From an uncultured virus (IMG/VR IMGVR_UViG_3300027963_000003) (Duplodnaviria; Heunggongvirae; Uroviricota; Caudoviricetes), in IMG/VR virus record IMGVR_UViG_3300027963_000003: 20,000 nt of DNA, one strand, 5' to 3'. Below the pieces are notes generated by a model. That model did no database searches, was not told the origin of the DNA, and worked only from the letters and a program-made list of their open reading frames with translations. Position numbers and translations under genes: made by a program. Positions 1 to 7,397 of the stretch are shown one piece after another; within the stretch, counting starts at the first letter, position 1; each line of letters opens with the position of its first letter.

Positions 1-1727
1 TGTAACTCCTGTCGAATTAAATCTTGCTCTTCCTGAGATAATACCTCTTCCGCCGTAGGTTTTAAAGGTTTCATGCGGCGCTTAGGCTTAACTACTTCTT
101 GCGCTACCGCTTCTGGTGCTACTTGTTGTTCTACAACAGCTTTTGGTTTTCTTTCACGTTTCTTAGGTTCAGGGATACTAAACTCAGGACGCTCTAAAAA
201 GCCAGTAACGCCTTCAATAATTTTAACGCCACGATCCCCACCAGCATAATCTTCTAGAATAGTTTTAACTTCTTTTGCTACTTTAGGGTCACTTAAATCT
301 TTGCCTAGTAACTGGTTTCTTAATTTTTTATTGGTAGCCCCAATGTTCATAGCTTTAAAATCAGCTTCTGTAATTGGACGACCAGCTTCCATAACACCTT
401 GTGCATTAGGTTCAGCGTATGTAAATGCAGATTCTCTAGCTTTTAATTCGTCTTGGCGGGTAATAGCTGCTTCTCGTTTTGCTGCGGCATTCTGTGCAGA
501 TTGTTCTGCTTTAGCTTTTGAAGCTTCAACGTCAGCTAATAGTTCGTTGTATGCGTCAGACTGAGTAAACCTATCTCCAAGTCTTTCACGCATAATGCGC
601 ATCTCTGTATCTTTTTGTTCAGTTTCATAGGCATCACGGCGTGCTTGGTCTATTGCTGCTACCGCATCTTCCTGTGCTTTAATTGTGTCTTGCTTAAACT
701 GCTCAATGTCGGCTATAGCTTGTAGTCTTTGGTCTTCTCTACCACCTGTAACCATGCCGGATACACCACCAAATAGACCACCACCCAATGCACCCATACC
801 TGCTGCTGCACCAACACCTTTAGTTAAACTAAGTTCAGGGTTAATTTCTTGTAAGCCTACGTTAGATATAAACTTACCGCCACCTTCTTCTAGTCCTTCA
901 GATGCTGCTTCACCTACAAAACCTCTAGTAAACCCACCAACGCCAGGCATACCTTTACCAGCAAGGGCACGTTCAATAGTTGCACCGCCAGGAAGTCTAG
1001 CTGCTCCTAAAGATAGAAACGATGCTTCAATAGCGGCAACACGTCCTTTAGCTAAGGCAATACCCGTAGCTTCCTCATCGGGCATATCAGGGTTTTGTTT
1101 TTTAAGTTCTTTAAATGCGGCTACATAAGTATCTGAACCAACATCGGCACCTTGCATTGCAGCACCTGTACCAATAGCGCCACGAACACCAGCTTTACCA
1201 AGAGCTTCTTCAGTAGCACCAACCATCAATGCTTTAGTAGTACCACGAGCAATTAGACCACCGCCCCATGAGCCAAGTAAGTTAGGTACTTGTTCTGCAA
1301 AAAACGATGTCAACAAAGCTGGGTCTTTAACCGTTTCTTTAATGGCTGTACCAAACTCAGCCAACATACCATCAGCCTTTTCAATCTTTTGCGCCCGTAC
1401 AAATTCTTTACCTCTAAGAATAGGCGATTTAGATTCTTGTCCAAACTGTTCTAGTTGTTTACCTAAACCTTGTAGTCCAGTATCAGAGTCTTCAGCTTTA
1501 GTTATTCCAGCTAGTTGAGAAATCTGTCCGGGTATCTGTGCAAGTTGCCCAACACCACTAACTAAACTTGCTCCAACGTCAGTAATAGCTTCGCCAAAAC
1601 CACGTTTTTGTTTAGCGGCTAAATCAGGGAAAGCTTCTAGGATTCTTTTTTTCGCATCTAATTGAGATACGTCGTCTGGAATACCTTCAACAATTCTTCC
1701 GTCAGGAAGTTGAACGTTATACGGCAT
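1..1727 (-). CDS. Large internal virion/ejection protein (P22 gp16/T7 gp16 position), 5' part only; continues past the window edge
   Basis: Not in the ORF track. Read manually: ATG at 1727 preceded by TAAGGA, open for 575 codons to the edge (MPYNVQLPDGRIVEGIPDDVSQLDAKKRILEAFPDL...EEQDLIRQEL). Gly/Ala-rich hydrophobic segments (GVGAAAGMGALGGGLFGGVSGMV) precede a charged helical region. Function is inferred from position and composition. Confidence 0.75.
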   Translation of the reverse strand, partial: MPYNVQLPDGRIVEGIPDDVSQLDAKKRILEAFPDLAAKQKRGFGEAITDVGASLVSGVGQLAQIPGQISQLAGITKAEDSDTGLQGLGKQLEQFGQESKSPILRGKEFVRAQKIEKADGMLAEFGTAIKETVKDPALLTSFFAEQVPNLLGSWGGGLIARGTTKALMVGATEEALGKAGVRGAIGTGAAMQGADVGSDTYVAAFKELKKQNPDMPDEEATGIALAKGRVAAIEASFLSLGAARLPGGATIERALAGKGMPGVGGFTRGFVGEAASEGLEEGGGKFISNVGLQEINPELSLTKGVGAAAGMGALGGGLFGGVSGMVTGGREDQRLQAIADIEQFKQDTIKAQEDAVAAIDQARRDAYETEQKDTEMRIMRERLGDRFTQSDAYNELLADVEASKAKAEQSAQNAAAKREAAITRQDELKARESAFTYAEPNAQGVMEAGRPITEADFKAMNIGATNKKLRNQLLGKDLSDPKVAKEVKTILEDYAGGDRGVKIIEGVTGFLERPEFSIPEPKKRERKPKAVVEQQVAPEAVAQEVVKPKRRMKPLKPTAEEVLSQEEQDLIRQEL

Positions 1728-1736
1728 TACAATTCC

Positions 1737-3302
1737 TTATGATTTTGGAGGTGCGCCTAAAGCATTAAACTGATAAACAGTAGGTGCAGGAGGGCCACCG
1801 CCACCACCTAAAACTAAACCTTGCGCTAACTGCCATAGTTCCTCTGCAGATTTTCCGTAGTATGGGCTACCCATTTTAGCGGATTCTTTTAATAACCCTG
1901 AGTGCATTTTTCCAATAGCGGCTAGATTTGCTTTGTCCATAGCAGTCTCACTAGCATTGCCAAGATTAGCGCCTTTTGATTTAAGGAATTCTCCGTAAGC
2001 TCCGTAGTAACCGCCTTTGTCTTCGGCTTCTTTTCTCATGATTGCAAGCTTTTCAGTTTCACGAGCAGCGTCTTCTTTCTTCATACCAAGAGCCATGAGT
2101 TCTTTGATGTTGTCACGGTCTTCTTTTCTGTATCCAGCTTTATCTTGTGCATAACCTTTAGCCGCTGCCATAGCACCTTGACCAATATTAGTAAGTGCGT
2201 GCTGTGAAGTACCACCCATAATGCCAAGACCTGCTTCAAGTAAACGCATATACTTATCTTGCTGACGGTCTACTTTACCTTGAGCCGCATTTTCTAAAAG
2301 CATTTTTTCGTACTCAGCATACTTGTCTTGTTTAGGTTCTTTTGTCTTACCTTCAGAATCAAGATCCGCTTTAGTTGTAGCAGCCATTCTTCCTTTTTCA
2401 CCAACAGTAGGCAAAGTCCTATTACCTGTTTCTGCACCTATCTTCTTAGCAAGTGCTTCCGCTTTAAAGAGTTTTTCTTCATCAGTGCCACTAGTTCCTT
2501 CAGCAGGCATCATCTTTCTAACTTGTTCGGAAGTAGTAGGAATTGCAGCTTTACGTTTTGCTTCTTCTACAGCTGCAACGTCACGGGCAGTATCTTCAGG
2601 ACGGTTAACAAACATCGGACGTTGCCCTGTACGGGCTTCTTTACCCATGTTGTAAGTTACAGCTTGCTCTCCAGGAGATTGTTTCATAAACCTGCTCCAA
2701 GGATCCATAATGCCTTGCTTAACTGCACGATAACTGCTTTGTACTGGATCCCAATTTCTAAGTTTTGCTAATTCACCTAAACCAAAATCACCAGACACGG
2801 CTTCTTGGTTACGTAAAACACGTTGCATATATTCATTGTTAGCATATGGGTCTTCTACGTCACTACGTTTATCACCAGAAAACGCAACAATACCACCACC
2901 AGCATAGTCATCTACATAGCCGCCATCATCAAACGCAACAATACCACCACCAGCCATGCTTTCTCCATCCATACCGCTAGGCAAAGCGGCTAGACCTTGA
3001 GTACGCTGCATAGTAGGTAAACCAGCCATTTGTTGTGGCATAGGTTGAGGCATTTGTTGCATGAGTTGAGGCGTCATCGCCCCTACTAAATCTTCTTTAA
3101 CCGTTTGTACAGGACCAGCTATGCCAGAAGGCGTTACCGCACTTTGACGTTTTTTAATTTCTGCTAAAGCTAAAAACTCTGGAACTCTAGGATTTGTGCC
3201 CTGTGCATATTGCGCTAATTTGTCAATTTTAACTGCAGGATCTGCTAAGTATTTTGCAATTTGAGCATACTCGTGCATAGGATTATTAATTATGCTTCTC
3301 AT
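1737..3302 (-). CDS. Putative internal virion/ejection protein (521 aa)
   Basis: Long ORF with ATGA overlap with the upstream gene. Q/M/P-rich linker, duplicated AGGGIVAF motif, helical C-terminal part (LLEAGLGIMGGTSQHALTNIGQGAMAA). Second of the three terminal ejection-type genes. Confidence 0.7.
   Translation of the reverse strand: MRSIINNPMHEYAQIAKYLADPAVKIDKLAQYAQGTNPRVPEFLALAEIKKRQSAVTPSGIAGPVQTVKEDLVGAMTPQLMQQMPQPMPQQMAGLPTMQRTQGLAALPSGMDGESMAGGGIVAFDDGGYVDDYAGGGIVAFSGDKRSDVEDPYANNEYMQRVLRNQEAVSGDFGLGELAKLRNWDPVQSSYRAVKQGIMDPWSRFMKQSPGEQAVTYNMGKEARTGQRPMFVNRPEDTARDVAAVEEAKRKAAIPTTSEQVRKMMPAEGTSGTDEEKLFKAEALAKKIGAETGNRTLPTVGEKGRMAATTKADLDSEGKTKEPKQDKYAEYEKMLLENAAQGKVDRQQDKYMRLLEAGLGIMGGTSQHALTNIGQGAMAAAKGYAQDKAGYRKEDRDNIKELMALGMKKEDAARETEKLAIMRKEAEDKGGYYGAYGEFLKSKGANLGNASETAMDKANLAAIGKMHSGLLKESAKMGSPYYGKSAEELWQLAQGLVLGGGGGPPAPTVYQFNALGAPPKS
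2880..2954. repeat. Exact 24-bp direct repeat (aaacgcaacaataccaccaccagc) at 2880-2903 and 2931-2954
   Basis: Read directly. Copies are 51 bp (17 codons) apart and each encodes AGGGIVAF on the minus strand. Confidence 0.95.
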
Positions 3303-4414
3303 GATTTTTTACCCATTAATCTGTTTAACTCAAGTGCAGCTAAACCACTACCTTTTTTCTCTTTAATCTGACCGCCTTCTTTCTTAGCCATACCGTACAT
3401 TGCTGCACCAGTTAAACCAAGACCAGACAACTGAGATAATTGATTAGGGGCTGCTTGATACTGTTGAGTAGTAGCCTGTTGTAATGGAAGACCACGCAAC
3501 ATAGCATTCATCATACCCAATTGCATAAACGGATACTGTTGAGCCGTAGCGTAATCTTGAATAGACTGGTTAATTTTCTGCTGCTCTTGTTGTTGCATTG
3601 CAGCGCCAATTTGAGATTGAGTACCAATAATACCCTGTTGAGCATTTTGTTGGGCAGTACCTAACTGACCTAATGTAGCTCCAGCTTGACCAGCTTGACC
3701 GTAACCTTGAAGCGCTGCTTGCTGCCCTTGTAACCCAAGTTGAGCGCCAAACTGTTGTTGCTGTTGGGCATTTTGAAATGCGTTTTGTGTACCAGTAGCT
3801 TGGATACCTTGTAACTGTGTATTTAAATTACGTTGTGCTTCAGCGTTTTCAATAGCTTGACGGCTACCACCAAATGCACCTTTAGCTGTAGCTTGTGCTT
3901 GTCTCATTGGTTGAGCAATTTGATAATCACGTAACGCAGATTGTTTTTGGTAGTCAACCACGTTCTGCATGTAAGGCGACATGTAATTTTGCATTGCCGT
4001 TGGATCTTGTGCTTGTTGTGCATATTGTTGTCCTGCACCAGCAGCTTGTCCTGCAACTCCTAATGAACCTATACCTGCCATACCAGCTAAACCGGAACCA
4101 GCATTAAACTGACCTGGCATTTGCATGTTATACGCTTGGTTTTGAGCAGACGTTTGCAGTGGTGAAAACCCTGCTACATAATCATCTGGATTGGAACTAT
4201 ACGCTTTGTATGGGCGAAACGAAGTCATGTCGTCGTTATAAATCTGCGTTTGTGCAGACTGCAACATGTTTTCTACATAGGGGCGTGCGTATTCAGGAAC
4301 GTTAGAGGTTTGTGAATAAGTTTGTGTGGGGGGAGATTGCCCACCACCACCCATAAAAGGAGTACGTGTACCCTCGTGGGTCCAACCGCTGTGTTTGCTT
4401 CTTAATATGCTCAT
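3299..4414 (-). CDS. Putative DNA transfer/ejection protein, P22 gp7/T7 gp14 position (371 aa)
   Basis: Directly follows the GNAT-like gene (ATGA overlap, GAGG SD). Has GGGG-x-T/S/Q-rich-xPEYARPY N-terminus, YMSPY and GAFGGSR motifs, a Q/A/G-rich helical body and a hydrophobic C-terminal segment (LSGLGLTGAAMYGM). Confidence 0.7.
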   Translation of the reverse strand: MSILRSKHSGWTHEGTRTPFMGGGGQSPPTQTYSQTSNVPEYARPYVENMLQSAQTQIYNDDMTSFRPYKAYSSNPDDYVAGFSPLQTSAQNQAYNMQMPGQFNAGSGLAGMAGIGSLGVAGQAAGAGQQYAQQAQDPTAMQNYMSPYMQNVVDYQKQSALRDYQIAQPMRQAQATAKGAFGGSRQAIENAEAQRNLNTQLQGIQATGTQNAFQNAQQQQQFGAQLGLQGQQAALQGYGQAGQAGATLGQLGTAQQNAQQGIIGTQSQIGAAMQQQEQQKINQSIQDYATAQQYPFMQLGMMNAMLRGLPLQQATTQQYQAAPNQLSQLSGLGLTGAAMYGMAKKEGGQIKEKKGSGLAALELNRLMGKKS

Positions 4415-4824
4415 ATCTTAGCCTCTACAATCCTGTAGCGTTCTTTAAACCCATATCTAGTCCACAAACGTGCAATAGATTCTCTAGCGGCACCTTGAAT
4501 CTTAGTAGCGCCATAACTCTTTAGTAGAACAGTTAACTGCTCATATGTATCTTTACTACTAATTAACTTACCACCAATAGCAGTAACAAACCCAATTCTA
4601 TCGTTAGGCATATTAATAAAACTAACTGCTGCTGCCCCGTGTACACTGTTTTCTTCATCTACCGCCACCAAAAGTAACCATTCGCCTTTAGATAACAAAC
4701 CTTTTATTTGGTCTAAGGTATAGTCATCACCACCCCATTTTAACGCATCAACAAAAAAATGCTCAACTAAAGGCCAAGTTTGGTGGAAAAAGTTAATTGA
4801 AACAGATTTAACCGTTAAGTTCAT
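4411..4824 (-). CDS. GNAT-fold (acetyltransferase-like) virion assembly protein, P22 gp14/T7 gp13 position (137 aa)
   Basis: Size, alpha/beta pattern (WLLLVAVD..VHGAAAV..IGFVTAIGG..GATKIQG..ARLWTRYGF) and location immediately before the gp7-like gene. Confidence 0.6.
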   Translation of the reverse strand: MNLTVKSVSINFFHQTWPLVEHFFVDALKWGGDDYTLDQIKGLLSKGEWLLLVAVDEENSVHGAAAVSFINMPNDRIGFVTAIGGKLISSKDTYEQLTVLLKSYGATKIQGAARESIARLWTRYGFKERYRIVEAKI

Positions 4825-5294
4825 TCGCCACCATAAGTAGGTTGTGGATTTGCTGCTGCTTGCCTCGCCGTTTCTTCCGCTGCTTGACTTTGTTGTAACG
4901 ATACGCTTGGGGCTACTCTATTTAAATTAGCACCAATTCCCGACATATCTGGTCTATAAGAATTTCCGTATGAAGGCATTTGCTGCATTGGTTGCTGGTA
5001 AAACTGATCCATACTATTAAACTGTTGTGAAATAGGGGCGTATTGACTAGCCATGCTTTGATAAAGCGCTTCTAAACCCATATCCTGTACCGTTTGTTTT
5101 GGAGCTTGTTCTAATGGGGTTTGTTGTGAATTCTGCTGCATTGGGCTATAGGTAGGCGTGTAACGATTTGCCGTTGGGCTATTTGTTTTAGACCCATAAG
5201 CCGGCATAGACGCATCTCTACCAGCTCCTGTTTGGTTAGCCATTTGCCCCATTGCTTGGCTTAATACTCCGCCGCTCCCGCTCATCCCGCTCAT
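4821..5294 (-). CDS. Hypothetical low-complexity Q/S/M/P/Y-rich protein (157 aa)
   Basis: Fills the gap exactly, with ATGA overlaps at both ends. No recognisable domain. Confidence 0.7.
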   Translation of the reverse strand: MSGMSGSGGVLSQAMGQMANQTGAGRDASMPAYGSKTNSPTANRYTPTYSPMQQNSQQTPLEQAPKQTVQDMGLEALYQSMASQYAPISQQFNSMDQFYQQPMQQMPSYGNSYRPDMSGIGANLNRVAPSVSLQQSQAAEETARQAAANPQPTYGGE

Positions 5295-6685
5295 ACTGGT
5301 AACGCCTTAGCTGCTTTAGAATTAACTGCAAATTTACCTTTACCCATAGACTTTTTACGTTTGGCTTGCACTCGATCCATCATTGCATAAAGACGTTTAG
5401 CACCTGCATCTGTAGAACCATTACCTAGTTCAGACACAATACGAGCTGGAATTACAAATTCACCATCCGCAAGACGGGCAGGTTGATGACTCCCTATAGT
5501 AGCAGGAATGTTATCTGATACGCCATCTCCAGGACCTCTAAGTAAACGACCACCATCTGAATAACTACCTAAGTTAGCAATGCCTCCCCCTGCCATCATA
5601 ATTCCACCTTCAGCCGCATAGGTTGGGTATTTTGCTTTGTAGTAAGGATTTGGTTGTATTGGTTCTTGCGCACGGAAATTAGGAGATATACGCTTAAGGT
5701 AGTTGCCATCGTCAGACGTATCTTCTACCGGCATTGTTTTTTGTTGTGGGTTCATAGCAGCTAAAATACCAGCCCCAGCTGTTGTATATCCAGCTTTTTC
5801 CATTGGTGTTTGTTTAGACCACCAGCTTGAATTAGGGTCTGCTTTTGCTGCAGCTACTGCATCTGCTTGCTGTTTAAGAATTCTATCCCCAGCGTTCATT
5901 GGGGTATTAGGTTGGGCGGGAGCGGATGCAAGGTTTTCTCCTGGTACTTTAGCGAACGGATCAAATGTGTTTGTTTGCCCTGATAGTTCTGGACGTCCAG
6001 AACCTGCAATCATTTGGTCAACTGTTAATCCACTACCTTGCGGAGGTACAGACGCATTTGGGGTTAAAGCATTTATTCCGGGTTGTGTAGGAGCACCGGG
6101 AAGTTGAGGAGCTTGTCCAACAGGAACATTGCCAGAACCAGGTCCAACACCACCAAACGGTACATTTGCTGCTCCAGTTAGCGGGTCAATTGGAGCGCCT
6201 GTAGATGGAGCTACGGTAAGGGCGTTAGTACCTACTTCGGTGCTTGCAGTTAAAGCGGCATTAGGGTCAGCACCAGCACCTAACCCACTAAGGCCACCAC
6301 CAATAGCGCCTGTTATACCACCAGTAAGAGCTGCTTTACCTACGTCACCACCTTGTATAGCTGCACTACCACCCGAAATAAGGGCACCAGCACCAGCACC
6401 AGCAAGGATACCAGCAGAAGTAGCACCCATACCAGCACTCATTAACATAGGTGCCGCAGCCCCAGCCGTAAAGTAAGTAGCTGCAGCCATAGCCACAATA
6501 GGCAAGACCTGTTCTAAAAAGCCAGCTTCATACAGTCCTGTTTCAGGGTTACGAGTTAAACTACCACCATGTGCCTTAGCTAAAGCTTCAAGACCACCAA
6601 CCTCATGGGGGGTCATATGCACTAGGACGGAGTCTTTGCCTCGACCCCTATTTTCTAGGTTTTTTGCTATGTGGTGTAGGCTCAT
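5291..6685 (-). CDS. Putative internal virion protein (464 aa): N-terminal GR..D.LVHM.P.E..NP.TGL.E domain, hydrophobic Gly/Ala segment, Pro-rich linker, C-terminal GPGDG.SD.IPA..L.DGEFV domain
   Basis: Start reassigned from 6742 to the ATG at 6685 (MSLHHIAK), which has an AAGGGG SD and avoids overlap with the upstream gene. Motifs read from the translation. Confidence 0.75.
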   Translation of the reverse strand: MSLHHIAKNLENRGRGKDSVLVHMTPHEVGGLEALAKAHGGSLTRNPETGLYEAGFLEQVLPIVAMAAATYFTAGAAAPMLMSAGMGATSAGILAGAGAGALISGGSAAIQGGDVGKAALTGGITGAIGGGLSGLGAGADPNAALTASTEVGTNALTVAPSTGAPIDPLTGAANVPFGGVGPGSGNVPVGQAPQLPGAPTQPGINALTPNASVPPQGSGLTVDQMIAGSGRPELSGQTNTFDPFAKVPGENLASAPAQPNTPMNAGDRILKQQADAVAAAKADPNSSWWSKQTPMEKAGYTTAGAGILAAMNPQQKTMPVEDTSDDGNYLKRISPNFRAQEPIQPNPYYKAKYPTYAAEGGIMMAGGGIANLGSYSDGGRLLRGPGDGVSDNIPATIGSHQPARLADGEFVIPARIVSELGNGSTDAGAKRLYAMMDRVQAKRKKSMGKGKFAVNSKAAKALPV

Positions 6686-6713
6686 ACTTGCCCCTTGGGA
6701 ATAGATTTGGTTG

Positions 6714-6742
6714 ATTTTAACATTAATATTGCGCCGATACAA
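6714..6742 (-). promoter_or_regulatory. Candidate sigma70-type promoter: TTGTAT-N17-TAAAAT with extended -10 TG
   Basis: Minus strand reads TTGTAT (6742-6737), a 17-nt spacer ending in TGT, then TAAAAT (6719-6714). The -10 lies in the 37-bp gap at 6686-6722, the largest intergenic gap found. Confidence 0.5.
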
Positions 6743-7397
6743 AGGTCATTGTTGCGATTACCGATGGTGTAGCAGGTTTAGTAGGGCTACCGCTGGCGGG
6801 AAGATAGGGGACAGTAACATCTGTGCCGTTTGAAGTTGACCACATTACTTGCACATAATCGCCAACTGCCAAAGAAACATAAAAATTCCAACCAAAAACA
6901 CCATGATTTGGGTCTCCAGGACCTTTTCTTGCTAATAAACCAATAAGACTATTTGATACTGGGATATCGGCTAAAGTAGCTGTTGCTGCTGTATATTGTC
7001 TAAACCATACATATACGTCTTCTGTAGCACTAGAAAGGCTTTTAACTTGAATACTAAACTGAAGGTTATAAAGGGCCGCATAGTCAGGAGTTATTCTAGA
7101 ATTGCTGACAATAGAAAACCCATTGGCAAAATCAGTAGTATTAAAAGTAAATGCGGTAGCCGTATTTGATGCCGCTGTTTGGGTTTGAGTGCTAGAAAAT
7201 GCACCATAAGGGAAAGTAAGCGAACCACCACCAGAACCGTTTAAAAGACTTGCCCCAAAGTTATCTATCTGGTTAAAGTACAAACGTAGTACGTTGGAGT
7301 ATTGGTCAAAGTAGTTAGCGTTATACCCTTGTATTGGAGCGTTGGGTAAGTTGGGTGCCTTTGAAGGGCGAATTGGTGCGGATCTATTAAGTGCCAT
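6723..7397 (-). CDS. Tail needle/plug-position protein with a C-terminal C1q/TNF-like beta-sandwich knob (224 aa)
   Basis: Follows the nozzle gene (TAATG overlap), as P22 gp26 follows gp10. Short N-terminal helix (YFDQYSNVLRLYFNQID), then PYGAF..LYNLQFSIQ..GDYVQVMW strands. Confidence 0.55.
   Translation of the reverse strand: MALNRSAPIRPSKAPNLPNAPIQGYNANYFDQYSNVLRLYFNQIDNFGASLLNGSGGGSLTFPYGAFSSTQTQTAASNTATAFTFNTTDFANGFSIVSNSRITPDYAALYNLQFSIQVKSLSSATEDVYVWFRQYTAATATLADIPVSNSLIGLLARKGPGDPNHGVFGWNFYVSLAVGDYVQVMWSTSNGTDVTVPYLPASGSPTKPATPSVIATMTFVSAQY

Noticed and set aside
6686..6742. 19-codon N-terminal extension of the 483-aa ORF given in the track
   Set aside because: It uses a TTG start inside the upstream gene, whereas ATG 6685 has a proper SD. 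The 18409 start was similarly replaced by 18397.
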